64,000 bases of DNA. It comes from a candidate division WOR-3 bacterium. Its GTDB lineage: Bacteria > Hydrothermota > Tepidihabitantia > SM23-42 > JAOAFX01. Under the pieces are notes generated by a model. The model saw only the letters and a list, made by a program, of their open reading frames with translations, ran no database searches and was not told where the DNA came from. The stretch covers positions 6,430 through 70,429 of the forward strand of contig JBDRWI010000002.1 in the NCBI GenBank assembly GCA_039802265.1, in the 5' to 3' direction. Shown here piece by piece: positions 9,035-19,107 of the stretch (the stretch's first letter is position 1; each line of letters begins with the position of its first letter). A program made the position numbers and the translations under genes.

Positions 9035-9454
9035 ATGCGCTGGTTCTTTTTTATTCTTCTCACCACTACTATCTCCTGCCATCAGCGAGATATCTGGAGT
9101 AAGATCAGAGAAGGTAATTATGAAATTATTCGGAAGGGAAGTTACCGCGGTAAATTAAAATATCTGGCCCAGCCAGGTGAACATGAAGCGACAATTTTAA
9201 GATTCCGTGCAGATATTGAAAAGAACATCGCCCTTTTTCCGGAAATTACGAAGAAATTTTTTGTGATTACCGATGAATTGAAATATCAATATAAATTCAC
9301 CTGGTTAGATGAAGAGAAGAACTACTTAATTTTAAGATATTTTGCGCGAATTTATAACCATCCAGTCTATGCTGGATATCAGATTCAATTTGTTATTGAT
9401 AAAAAAGAAAAACAGATCATCCAGATATTTATAACCGAGGTTCCCCTTGAGTAG
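9035..9454 (+). CDS. Hypothetical lipoprotein.
   Basis: The ATG at 9035 overlaps the xerC stop. N-terminus MRWFFFILLTTTISC has a lipobox-like ISC. The ORF-track region upstream of 9035 overlaps xerC and is presumably non-coding. Confidence 0.4.
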   Translation: MRWFFFILLTTTISCHQRDIWSKIREGNYEIIRKGSYRGKLKYLAQPGEHEATILRFRADIEKNIALFPEITKKFFVITDELKYQYKFTWLDEEKNYLILRYFARIYNHPVYAGYQIQFVIDKKEKQIIQIFITEVPLE

Positions 9455-11519
9455 CATTCTATTTATTTTTCTCTTACCCTATGAAGACTATTTTTATAAA
9501 AAAAATTATCTTGAGGCAATTCGTTATGCAAAACTGGCTTATAAAATTTTTTTAGAAGATGAAACCTTATATTATTTAGGCATAAGCGAACTGTGTCTTG
9601 ATAGATTGCCCGCGGCAATGGCAAATCTTGAGGAATTGACAAAAAAGAAGGAAGACGCCAGCTTTTATCTCGGAATAATCCATTATCGACTTGGTAATTA
9701 CATCAAGGCAATGGCTTATATGAATGATGCGCGTGATGTATTTCTTCCTAAGTACTACTATCTCACTCTCATCCATTTAAAAGACCGCGACCTAAAAGAG
9801 GCAGAAAAATACCTGAATTCAGTGGCAGATTCATATTTAAAGGAAACCATTTCGCAATGGATAAAAAATTACCAAACACTTGTTGATGCAAAAAACGCAT
9901 TTATTGATATGGATTATCAGCGCACAATAGAGCTAATTAACAAAGTTGAAGATTTTTTTGGCTATAAAGAAATTGGATTGGCACTGGCTTACGAAAGACT
10001 CGGTGATTATCAAAAGAGTCTTATTTTTTTAGATACTGTGATACGCAATCCTCCATCTTATGGGCTGTTATTGAACGCCACATACAACGCCGGGCGAATA
10101 GAGTATGCATTAAGAAATTATAAGCGGGCAGAAAGATATTTGAGGGATTATCTTTCTACTCAGGAGAATAATGCGGCAAAATTTCTTTTAGGCAAAATTT
10201 TTATGGAGGAAGGAAACCTGGATTCAGCCAGTATTTACTTTAAAGACTTACCCGATACCATTGATGAATACCTTTTCTATAAAGGGCGTATTGACTATTT
10301 TCGGGGAATGCTGGCGAGCGCCGAAGAAAGATTGTTATTGCATCGTGAATATTTCCCGAATTCTTTTTATGCCGACAGTACAGTTTATATACTGGGAGAA
10401 ATAAATTTTAAACAGGGCAAATACAGACTGGCAATAGATTACTGGACCGACTTGATAAATTTATATCCAAATTCAAATTATGCGGCGGTTACGGCAAAGA
10501 AGATTGGCGATGCCTATTTCAATTTGAAAAGATACAATGATGCACTTGAGTTTTACAAAAGGGTTAAGGATTTTGGTCCGCAAAATGAATTGAAATTGGA
10601 GACTGAATTGAAGATACTTGAGACCAAATATCAACTTGGGCTGTTTAATTCTTTAATTGGTGCCCTGAATCGATTTATAGAGACATATTCCGATTCTGTA
10701 AATGCCCGGGATTTTGTTGCCGCAGTAAATTTAAGAATTGCAATGATTCTCTTTGAGAAAGAGGAATATTACTCTGCCCTTGAAAAACTCAATCAGCTGA
10801 TAACCAAATATTCAGATTTATCCGTGGCTAGAGACGCAATATTACAAAGGGCAAAAGTTTTTCGCAAAATTGGAGATAAGAATGGAGAGAAGGCTTCTTT
10901 GAAAATACTATTGGAAAGGAAGGATATTAGAGAATTGTACCCATATGTGGTAAATGAACTGGGTACAATCTATAAAAATGAAATGAAATACGATTCGGCG
11001 CTTTATTACTACAATTTATTGCTGAAAATAGAGATGTATCGCGAGATTGCTCTTTTAGAAATTGCCCGAATCTATAATTCACTCGGTAGATATGAAGAAG
11101 CCGAATTGGTGATCGAGCGCTTTATTAATGAATATCCCAATTCATCATTGATTTTTGATGCATATATTCTTAAATCGGAAACTATTAAAAATCAAGGCGA
11201 TTACAATAAGGCGGTAAATGTATTAAAGGAATTGAGCGACAAGTACGGACCAAAGCCCGAGGTATTTCTCAGAATCGCTGATATCTATGTTGATAATCGT
11301 AATTATCAGGCGGCCCGGGATTATTTTCTAAGGGCAAGCGAGTATTTCAAGGAAAATAGGGATGACGCTGCCCGGTCTTTGATTCGTGCCGGTGATGTTT
11401 CGTTGATTATGGGTGACATAAAGATTGCCAAGGAACTTTATTTAAAGGCGGCGCTTTTTGCACTTTCTATTGATGTTAAACAAGAGGCAAGCAAAAAATT
11501 GACTTCTGTAAATGAGTAG
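9447..11519 (+). CDS. Tetratricopeptide (TPR) repeat protein.
   Basis: Repeated 34-residue W/LG/Y...A...F...P motifs throughout, e.g. 'LGNYIKAMAYMNDA' and 'QGKYRLAIDYWTDLINLYPNS'. It overlaps the upstream and downstream genes by 8 nt each. Confidence 0.75.
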   Translation: MSSILFIFLLPYEDYFYKKNYLEAIRYAKLAYKIFLEDETLYYLGISELCLDRLPAAMANLEELTKKKEDASFYLGIIHYRLGNYIKAMAYMNDARDVFLPKYYYLTLIHLKDRDLKEAEKYLNSVADSYLKETISQWIKNYQTLVDAKNAFIDMDYQRTIELINKVEDFFGYKEIGLALAYERLGDYQKSLIFLDTVIRNPPSYGLLLNATYNAGRIEYALRNYKRAERYLRDYLSTQENNAAKFLLGKIFMEEGNLDSASIYFKDLPDTIDEYLFYKGRIDYFRGMLASAEERLLLHREYFPNSFYADSTVYILGEINFKQGKYRLAIDYWTDLINLYPNSNYAAVTAKKIGDAYFNLKRYNDALEFYKRVKDFGPQNELKLETELKILETKYQLGLFNSLIGALNRFIETYSDSVNARDFVAAVNLRIAMILFEKEEYYSALEKLNQLITKYSDLSVARDAILQRAKVFRKIGDKNGEKASLKILLERKDIRELYPYVVNELGTIYKNEMKYDSALYYYNLLLKIEMYREIALLEIARIYNSLGRYEEAELVIERFINEYPNSSLIFDAYILKSETIKNQGDYNKAVNVLKELSDKYGPKPEVFLRIADIYVDNRNYQAARDYFLRASEYFKENRDDAARSLIRAGDVSLIMGDIKIAKELYLKAALFALSIDVKQEASKKLTSVNE

Positions 11520-13341
11520 GCGTATTTACATTATTGGTAAGGAGCCAGACTGGTTGAAATCACTCATTCTTAAAAAGATCGTCAGCGTATGTGAGAGTGA
11601 ACCAGAGGCAATTTTGATTTTTGAAAAAATACCTTCGGTTGCAGAGATCATTAAAAAGTTTCGGATAAGATATATCCCAATAATCAGTCAGGTAGAATTA
11701 GGAGAAATGGAGGGAGTTTTTAACTTACCCACGACCCATCCCGAGAATTTTTTAATTTCCCTGCTTGAGGCATTAACCTGGGAGCGAGAAAGAAATCCAC
11801 TCACCGGTCTTCCCGGTAATGAGGCAATAAATAGAGAGATTGAGTTTAAGATATTAAATCAAAACGGCTACTGGCTCAGTTATGTTGATCTGAATGACTT
11901 TAAATTTTTTAATGACCAGTATGGTTTTGAAATGGGGGACCGTCTCATTTTTCATACCGCCAGGATAATAAAAGACAATGCCGGTAACAATTTTGTTGGA
12001 CACATTGGCGGTGATGATTTTGTTTTTATTATTCCCCAGAATAATTCCGAGATTTTAGATTCAATCTGTCGGGAATTTGATGACTCATTGAAATATTTCT
12101 ACCCGGAGGGGGACCGGGACAGAGAAGAATTTCAGGGAATAGACCGATTCGGGAGGGATTATAAATTCGGCCATGTTCATCTTGCCATTGTGGTATTAAC
12201 AAAGAGATACGAAAATCTTAAGAAATTAAACTATGCCACTGCCTATTTAAAAAAGATAAGTAAACAAAGAAGTAAAATTGAAAAGCGGAGTCTCTGGCTT
12301 TCCGATAATACCGTTGCGATTGGACATCGCGACGACCTGCTCAGGATATTACAGGGAAATGACCGAACTGCCAAAAGGGCCGCTATTGAAGTTCTTGGTG
12401 AAATTGCGGAACCGGATAACCTTGATTTGTTTGTTGAACTTTTAAGGAATAAAGATTTTTTGATTCGCAAGAGTGCGGTCTATGCGCTTGGTAAGATTGG
12501 CAAATCCGAAATTTTGCCGTATATTCTCAATACATTAAACGACCCCTCACCCCATGTCCGGATGAGGGCAGCCGAGGCGCTTGGTTATTTTTACAGGGAC
12601 GCTGTAGCTGATATTTTAGTTAATCTTCTTAACGACCCCGATTGTTATGTGAGGATCGCGGCAATAAATAGTATCGGTCGTTTGAAATTGAAGTCAGCAA
12701 TTCCTCGACTTATTAAAACTAATGACGAAAGAATCATCCCCAGTATTTTAAGAGTCCTTGCCGAATTGGGAGACGATTCTGCACTGGATTTCATTCAGGC
12801 GAAATTAAATAAAAATAGATTTTCGGCATTGGCGATTGATGCACTTGGTAGAATCTACAGTTCACGTTCACTGGCAATTCTATTTGATGTCCTATCCAGC
12901 AGGAATTTCGCCCAGCATCGCCATAGGATTTATCGTGCAATTTATAATCTGAGCCGGATGAAGTCCCTGAAAGAAATAATTAAGGCAAATATCGGGCTGA
13001 TTTATGATGGCCTCCGGGATAGCAAGCCCTACTATGTCATAATGACCCTTTACGAAATTGGCGATGACACGCGTGGTGATGAGGTTAAAAAATTCCTTTA
13101 TGGAAAAGATATATTTATGCGCCGGGCAGCTATTCTCTATCTGAGTAATAATAAAAAAAATCTCAAGGTGCTTGCCGATATCCTTTTGCAAGACCCATTA
13201 CCATCTATCCGACAGACAGCAGCCGATATCCTGGCGAAATTCGGCAAAGCCGCATTACCCTATCTGAGAAAGGCATTGAAAGACCGGGATTTTTCAACCA
13301 GACAGTCCGTAATCAGGTCAATAATGGCAATTTTATTCTGA
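11512..13341 (+). CDS. GGDEF-family domain with a variant GGDDF motif, fused to PBS-lyase-type HEAT repeats.
   Basis: 'NPLTGLPGNEAINREIEF...YVDLNDFKFFNDQYGFEMGDRLI...GHIGGDDFVFII' fits the GGDEF fold, but the signature reads GGDDF. The C-terminal half has repeated '..VR..A..ALG.IG' HEAT-like units. Confidence 0.65.
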   Translation: MSRRIYIIGKEPDWLKSLILKKIVSVCESEPEAILIFEKIPSVAEIIKKFRIRYIPIISQVELGEMEGVFNLPTTHPENFLISLLEALTWERERNPLTGLPGNEAINREIEFKILNQNGYWLSYVDLNDFKFFNDQYGFEMGDRLIFHTARIIKDNAGNNFVGHIGGDDFVFIIPQNNSEILDSICREFDDSLKYFYPEGDRDREEFQGIDRFGRDYKFGHVHLAIVVLTKRYENLKKLNYATAYLKKISKQRSKIEKRSLWLSDNTVAIGHRDDLLRILQGNDRTAKRAAIEVLGEIAEPDNLDLFVELLRNKDFLIRKSAVYALGKIGKSEILPYILNTLNDPSPHVRMRAAEALGYFYRDAVADILVNLLNDPDCYVRIAAINSIGRLKLKSAIPRLIKTNDERIIPSILRVLAELGDDSALDFIQAKLNKNRFSALAIDALGRIYSSRSLAILFDVLSSRNFAQHRHRIYRAIYNLSRMKSLKEIIKANIGLIYDGLRDSKPYYVIMTLYEIGDDTRGDEVKKFLYGKDIFMRRAAILYLSNNKKNLKVLADILLQDPLPSIRQTAADILAKFGKAALPYLRKALKDRDFSTRQSVIRSIMAILF

Positions 13342-13451
13342 AGAAAGGTAAATGGTAATCTATTAAAGATGGACTTCACCGTTATCATCTTGCCGTTCCT
13401 GGGGGCGATTAAGGGTGAGGTAAAATTAAGGTAAATAATCCAGATTAGACA

Positions 13452-14114
13452 TTAAAAACCCAGTCTTTCATTAACCAATAATACTGAAATATTTGTTTGC
13501 CAGGGTCTGTACTGGATAATCGCAATTACGCGACAAATTCGTTCCTTTACATTACAATCAATACAGATACCAGAACTGGCACAAGGAGTACCGGCACTTA
13601 CCCGTTTTGCATTCATAACCGCAGCAATCTCCTTGCTCCTTTTTATGCCATCATGTATTGAGGCGACAATTTTATTGAAGCCAGCAATAATGAAGACAGT
13701 AGAGGGTCCATAGATCATTCCCGCAATGCGGTTGCCGATACCATCAATATTGATAATGTCTCCGTTTTTCGTGATGGCGTTAGCACTTGTTAGATAATAA
13801 TCAGCGAGCAATTCCTTTTTTCTTATCTCACGGTCAGTCTTTTCAGTAAGACCGGCGCGCCAGTGATGGATTACTTTATTGCCCCGCTCTTCAAATCTTT
13901 CAATTATGCCAAGTTCCCGAATTGTTACCGAACCACCGACTCCAATACTCGCATCAGGGGGGATTGTTTTCAGGAGATATTCGTTTACCCCGGTAATATC
14001 AGGGAAATAACAGGCATCAAAATCCCGTCTTTTTAGTGCCTCAACAACTTTGAGTAGTAATTTTTCCTGGTGCCATTTTTTGACTTCTTCCATTGCTGAA
14101 CGAATTATACTCAA
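13452..14114 (-). CDS. LUD-domain protein (LutC/YkgG-like, DUF162).
   Basis: About 220 aa with 'SANAITKNGDIINIDGIGNRIAGMIYGPSTVFIIAGFNKIV', typical of the LUD fold. Confidence 0.5.
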   Translation of the reverse strand: MSIIRSAMEEVKKWHQEKLLLKVVEALKRRDFDACYFPDITGVNEYLLKTIPPDASIGVGGSVTIRELGIIERFEERGNKVIHHWRAGLTEKTDREIRKKELLADYYLTSANAITKNGDIINIDGIGNRIAGMIYGPSTVFIIAGFNKIVASIHDGIKRSKEIAAVMNAKRVSAGTPCASSGICIDCNVKERICRVIAIIQYRPWQTNISVLLVNERLGF

Positions 14115-14188
14115 TTTTAATCATCTGTCAATTGACTGGCTGATTTTATCCTCTTGATTTTTTGTCTATTTAGGATATTATTTCTAAT

Positions 14189-15745
14189 ATGGAAGAACGG
14201 CTGAAGAAATTGCAGAAGCTGAAGGAATTGAACATCAACGCCTATCCTTACCGGTTTGATAGAACCCATACATTCTCCCAGATAAAAGGAAAATTTGAAG
14301 AACTCTCAAATTCACAATTCAGGGTCAAAACAGCGGGAAGAATAATTGCTATCCGGGGACATGGGAGGACCATATTTGCCACCTTAAATGATGAAAATGA
14401 AAACATTCAGGTCTATCTAAGAGAGGCAGACCTTAAAGAAGATTTTGCGCTCTTTGAAAACTTTGATATCGGTGACTTTATTGGTGTGGAAGGTAAGGTC
14501 TTCAAGACACGGACCGGTGAAATAACCATCCTTGTGGAAAGTTTCGTACTCCTTGCAAAATCACTACGACCGCTACCTGAGAAATGGCACGGATTAGAAG
14601 ATATAGAAATCAGATATCGTAAAAGATACCTTGATTTAATTGCGGATACGGTTATTTTCAAGTGTAACGATTGCGGCCATGAATTCGCCTGTGTGGAAGT
14701 CGGCGAAATAAGATGCCCAGCGAGAAAGGATAAAACCACTAATGAAAGATGTGGTTCTAAAAATATTAGAAAAATCTCAATGAGTCCGCGCGAGGTATTC
14801 AAAATGCGTTCAAAGGTCATCTCACTTCTCCGAGATTTTTTTAATAACCGAGGATTTCTTGAAGTAGAAACCCCTGTCTTACAGCCAATATACGGTGGGG
14901 CATCTGCCCGGCCTTTCAAGACTTATTATAATGCCCTTGACCAGGAAATGTACTTACGAATTGCTGATGAACTTTACCTGAAAAGATTAATTGTTGGTGG
15001 ATATGAGAAGGTATGGGAATTATGCAAGGATTTCCGGAATGAGGGGCTTGATAGATTTCATAATCCAGAATTTACAATGATTGAGGCATATCAGGCATAC
15101 ACAGATTATAACGGAATGATGGAACTGGTTGAAGAATTGATGGAATATCTGGTTAGAAATCTTTATTCTGATTACAGAATTTCTTTTCAGGGAGAAAGCG
15201 TAGAAATAAAGAGACCATTTACAAGGATAAAATATACTGAAGTATTGAGTGAAAAACTGGGTGTTGATATACTCAAGATTTCCGAAAAAGAACTAAATGA
15301 TTTATGCACAAGATATGGGATAAAAACAGAAGGTCAGGCAATCGGATACAAGATTGATAAGTTATTCAGTGAACTCGTCCAGAGAGATTTGATTGAACCG
15401 ACCTTTGTTATTGATTATCCTAAAATAATTTCGCCCCTGGCAAAGGAACATCGGAATAATCCTTCGCTTGTGGAAAGATTTGAACTGGTTATTTTTGGTT
15501 TAGAGATTGCCAATGCCTTCTCAGAGTTGAATAACCCGATAGAGCAGCGTAAGAGATTTGAGGAACAGCTTGCATATAAAGAAGAAGGAATTGCGGAGAT
15601 AGACGAGGACTTTCTTGAGGCACTTGAATATGGAATGCCGCCGACCGGAGGACTTGGTATAGGGGTGGACCGCCTGTGTATGATTCTTTTAAACCAGTCA
15701 TCAATCCGGGATGTAATTCTGTTTCCTCAATTGAGAAGGGTGTAA
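14189..15745 (+). CDS. lysS: Lysyl-tRNA synthetase, class II, with an inserted Cys-rich segment of about 43 aa.
   Basis: 'RYRKRYLDLIAD', 'FLEVETPVLQPIYGGASARPF' (motif 2 region), 'FRNEGLDRFHNPEFTMIEAYQAY' and 'GGLGIGVDRLCMILL' (motif 3). Confidence 0.9.
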   Translation: MEERLKKLQKLKELNINAYPYRFDRTHTFSQIKGKFEELSNSQFRVKTAGRIIAIRGHGRTIFATLNDENENIQVYLREADLKEDFALFENFDIGDFIGVEGKVFKTRTGEITILVESFVLLAKSLRPLPEKWHGLEDIEIRYRKRYLDLIADTVIFKCNDCGHEFACVEVGEIRCPARKDKTTNERCGSKNIRKISMSPREVFKMRSKVISLLRDFFNNRGFLEVETPVLQPIYGGASARPFKTYYNALDQEMYLRIADELYLKRLIVGGYEKVWELCKDFRNEGLDRFHNPEFTMIEAYQAYTDYNGMMELVEELMEYLVRNLYSDYRISFQGESVEIKRPFTRIKYTEVLSEKLGVDILKISEKELNDLCTRYGIKTEGQAIGYKIDKLFSELVQRDLIEPTFVIDYPKIISPLAKEHRNNPSLVERFELVIFGLEIANAFSELNNPIEQRKRFEEQLAYKEEGIAEIDEDFLEALEYGMPPTGGLGIGVDRLCMILLNQSSIRDVILFPQLRRV

Positions 15746-16944
15746 TGAACACTGAAGTCTTTGTTGCACAACGGTATCTACTGTCAAGAAATCGCAAATT
15801 TTTTTCTCTCTCCGCCTCCATCGCCATTGGTGGGATTTTTGTTGGGGTTAGTGCTTTGCTCATTACCCTTTCAATAATGAATGGATTCCAGAATGAATTG
15901 CGGCGAAGAATTCTCGGGGGGACCCCACACATAATAGTCCGGCGATTTTTTAATGAGCCTCTTGTTGAATATCGTGAGATCATGGAGAAGTTAGAAAATT
16001 TCCATTTTATTAAGGCAAAGGCACCATTTATAATCACCAAATCCCTGGTCCGGAATAGGAGGAGTGTCGATGGCGTGATAATCAAGGGAGTTGAAAGTGA
16101 GCTTGAGAAAGGAATTACTGAGGTGGGGAAAAATATTATTGATGGTGCTTTTGATTTAGAAGAGGGTTGTGTTATTGGAGTTGAACTCGCCCGGAGCCTG
16201 AAGGCAAGTGTTGGAGATACCCTGATAATAACCTCTCCTTTCGTTGAGCAACTCGGGCTATTGCCGCGTTCCAAAAGAGTTATACTTAAAGGAATCTTTG
16301 ATTTGGGTATGTATGATTATAATTCAACGATTTTATATATGAATATCAAGGATGTTCAGGTACTATTTGAAATGCAGAACGCGGTTAGCGGTATTGAGTT
16401 GAGAGTGGATGATGTGTATAAGGCACCATATTACTCAAAGATTATTGAAAAGGAAGTCGGTTATCCCTATCTGGTTCAGGATTGGGTTAAGACCAATCAT
16501 TCAGTTTTCGCGGCATTAAAATTAGAAAAGATTGTAACATTTATTGTTCTGACACTGATTGTGGTTGTTGCTGGATTCAACATCGTAGGAATGCTTGTGA
16601 ACATTGTTAAAAAAAAGGTGAAGGAGATAGGTATACTTCGTTCATTTGGTTTCACTGCAAATCAGATTATGAAGATTTTCATATATTTAGGAACAATTAT
16701 GGGATTTATTGGGACGGGAATGGGTGTTTTCTTTTCTTTTTTTGCCTGTCTTTTGCTTAACCAATATCGTTTTGTAAATTTACCCGGAGATGTCTATTTT
16801 ATTCAGACCCTTCCGGTTGAGATGTCACTTGTAGATTTTATTGTCGTAGCTGGTGCAGCAATAATGATAAGTTTTTTTGCTACAATCTATCCGGCAATCA
16901 GGGCTGCGCGGCTTGTGACGGTTGAGGCATTGAGGAATGAGTGA
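15745..16944 (+). CDS. LolC/LolE-like lipoprotein-release ABC transporter permease (FtsX/MacB family).
   Basis: Start 'MNTEVFVAQRYLLSRNRKFFS' inside a TAATG overlap with lysS. N-terminal TM, a periplasmic domain, and three C-terminal FtsX-type TM helices. Confidence 0.75.
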   Translation: MNTEVFVAQRYLLSRNRKFFSLSASIAIGGIFVGVSALLITLSIMNGFQNELRRRILGGTPHIIVRRFFNEPLVEYREIMEKLENFHFIKAKAPFIITKSLVRNRRSVDGVIIKGVESELEKGITEVGKNIIDGAFDLEEGCVIGVELARSLKASVGDTLIITSPFVEQLGLLPRSKRVILKGIFDLGMYDYNSTILYMNIKDVQVLFEMQNAVSGIELRVDDVYKAPYYSKIIEKEVGYPYLVQDWVKTNHSVFAALKLEKIVTFIVLTLIVVVAGFNIVGMLVNIVKKKVKEIGILRSFGFTANQIMKIFIYLGTIMGFIGTGMGVFFSFFACLLLNQYRFVNLPGDVYFIQTLPVEMSLVDFIVVAGAAIMISFFATIYPAIRAARLVTVEALRNE

Positions 16945-17611
16945 GATTCTATTAGCAGAAGGGATTCATAAGACCTATTATTTGAAAAACGAGGTAATCC
17001 ATGTCTTACGCGGTGTTGATCTCGTGGTTAAAAGGGGTAGTTTTGTGGTAATCTATGGCCCATCGGGAAGTGGTAAATCTACTCTTTTAAATATTCTGGG
17101 GAGTCTTGACAAACCGACCAGCGGTAGGGTAATTTTTGATTCCTGTGTTCTCTTTAATCATAGCGATGCGGAACTATCACAAATTAGAAATAAAAAAATT
17201 GGATTTGTCTTTCAATTCCATTATCTTTTACCTGAATTTACTGCACTGGAGAATATAGCCCTGCCAGCACTATTAAACGGAACTCCAAAAAGGGATGCCT
17301 ATAAAAAGGCAGCGGAACTTTTAGAAGTTTTAGGAATGGCGGATAAGAGAACCCGTCGTCCCGACGAATTGTCAGGTGGTGAAAGGCAACGGGTGGCGAT
17401 TGCCCGTGCCCTCATTAATGAACCAATCTTGATCCTTGCGGATGAGCCGAGCGGTAACCTTGATGAGGAAAATAAGAATAAACTGATGGATGTTTTTATC
17501 GATCTAAAAAATAAGGACCGGGCAATTGTTCTGGTTACTCATTCACTGGATATTGCAAAGTTAGGGACTGAGGTGTATAATTTGAAAGAAGGCAGGTTAC
17601 ATGTTATGTGA
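16937..17611 (+). CDS. lolD: ABC transporter ATP-binding protein, LolD-like.
   Basis: Walker A 'GPSGSGKST'. ABC signature '[15 protein letters not shown]'. Walker B '[13 protein letters not shown]'. Confidence 0.85.
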   Translation: MSEILLAEGIHKTYYLKNEVIHVLRGVDLVVKRGSFVVIYGPSGSGKSTLLNILGSLDKPTSGRVIFDSCVLFNHSDAELSQIRNKKIGFVFQFHYLLPEFTALENIALPALLNGTPKRDAYKKAAELLEVLGMADKRTRRPDELSGGERQRVAIARALINEPILILADEPSGNLDEENKNKLMDVFIDLKNKDRAIVLVTHSLDIAKLGTEVYNLKEGRLHVM

Positions 17612-18077
17612 TGATTGTAAAAAAAATCCGGCATCCATCTATTTTAAGGATGCCTCCTACGGAAAGATTAAAGAGTTGCATCTTTGTGAGGAATGTGCTA
17701 AGAAGCGAGGAATTCTCTTAGATAAAAAGCTTTCTCCCCTTGAGGTTCTTCAAAAATTGTTGAAGGAATATAACCGCCAGGATGAGCAGATAATCTGTCC
17801 GGTTTGCTTTTTGTCTCTTGCGGAATTTAAAAAGTTTGGAAGATTTGGCTGTAGTAATTGTATTGCGGTCTTTGAGCCCTATATCAAAAATCTTATCAAA
17901 GAGGTCCAGGAGAGCAATCGCCATATTGGAAAGAGACCTGGAAGCAGGCAACATAAGGCGCTTGAGATATTTAAACTGCGTGAAGAATTGAGAAAGGCAC
18001 TGGAAAAAGAGGCTTATGAAGAGGCGGCAAAGATAAGGGACCGATTAAAGGAATTGGGATTCGAGAATGTTGAATAA
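17601..18077 (+). CDS. mcsA: McsA-like protein-arginine kinase activator (two zinc ribbons plus a UvrB/UvrC motif).
   Basis: 'CDDCKK...CEEC' and 'CPVCF...CSNC'. C-terminal 'EEAAKIRDRLKELG' UVR motif. It overlaps lolD and mcsB by 11 nt each. Confidence 0.7.
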   Translation: MLCDDCKKNPASIYFKDASYGKIKELHLCEECAKKRGILLDKKLSPLEVLQKLLKEYNRQDEQIICPVCFLSLAEFKKFGRFGCSNCIAVFEPYIKNLIKEVQESNRHIGKRPGSRQHKALEIFKLREELRKALEKEAYEEAAKIRDRLKELGFENVE

Positions 18078-19107
18078 TATTAAGTGGTTAATATCACCCG
18101 AGATGGCAGAAAACTGCGAGGAAAAGGAAATCGTTGTATCAACGCGGATAAGACTGGCTCGGAATCTTGCAGGAATTCCCTTTGAAATAAAAATGAAACA
18201 GAAGGATGCCGAATATCTAATTCAAGTAGTGCAATCAACAATAACCGGGAAATTAAAGGGAAGATATCTCTTGATTCAGAAACTTACACCACTTGAGCGG
18301 GAATCACTCCTTGAATCGCACCTCGTCTCTCCAACATTTGTGAAGGCTGATCGCCCATCAGCCGTATTTATCAGCGAGAAAGGAGATATTTCAATAATGG
18401 TTAACGAAGAAGACCATCTGAGAATACAGGGGCTTGCCTGTGGGCTCTCTCTAACGAATACCCTTCTATCGGTCTTTGAGGTGGAGGAATTCCTTGGTGA
18501 AAGCCTTGGCTATGCCTTTAGTGAGGAATATGGTTTTATCACTTCCTGTCCTACCAATTTAGGTACCGGTATGAGGGTTTCGGTTCTGCTCCATCTGCCA
18601 GGGCTTGTTTACACAAACGAAGTAGATAAAATTTTAAAGAGTGCTGTTAATCTTGGAATGGCCGTGCGCGGACTGTTTGGAGAAGGAACTGAAATAAAGG
18701 GTAATCTCTTCCAGATATCAAATCAAAGAACCCTTGGATATACCGAGGAAGAGTTGGTTCAGAATATCAATAAATTCACGAAGATGGTGATCGATGTGGA
18801 GAAAAAGACAAGGAATCTAATCTATGAAAAGGCAAGGTATGAATTTGAAGACAAAATCTACAGAAGTCTGGCAATACTTACCTCAGCCAGGATTCTCAGT
18901 AGTGATGAGACGCTGGGGCTTCTCTCTGCAGTCAGGCTGGGTATCGGTATGGGAATAATCAAAAATATTAGTATAGATACAATAAATGAGATTATGCTTG
19001 TATCAAGGCCCGGTAACATCCAGTTCTATTTTGGCGAAATTCTTGAAGAGGAAGAACGGGATGTCAAACGGGCAGAGTATGTGCGTAAAAAACTACAGCC
19101 AAATTAA
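18067..19107 (+). CDS. mcsB: Protein arginine kinase McsB (ATP:guanido phosphotransferase family).
   Basis: Phosphagen-kinase active-site signature 'CPTNLGTGMR'. About 345 aa, typical of McsB. Confidence 0.85.
   Translation: MLNNIKWLISPEMAENCEEKEIVVSTRIRLARNLAGIPFEIKMKQKDAEYLIQVVQSTITGKLKGRYLLIQKLTPLERESLLESHLVSPTFVKADRPSAVFISEKGDISIMVNEEDHLRIQGLACGLSLTNTLLSVFEVEEFLGESLGYAFSEEYGFITSCPTNLGTGMRVSVLLHLPGLVYTNEVDKILKSAVNLGMAVRGLFGEGTEIKGNLFQISNQRTLGYTEEELVQNINKFTKMVIDVEKKTRNLIYEKARYEFEDKIYRSLAILTSARILSSDETLGLLSAVRLGIGMGIIKNISIDTINEIMLVSRPGNIQFYFGEILEEEERDVKRAEYVRKKLQPN

Noticed and set aside
15489-16274. 261-aa ORF antisense to lysS/lolE. The same applies to 12892..13191, 14413..14919, 19064..19474, 52424..52807 and 59184..59997.
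   Set aside because: Shadow ORFs overlapping confidently assigned genes. They have no SD and no recognisable domains.
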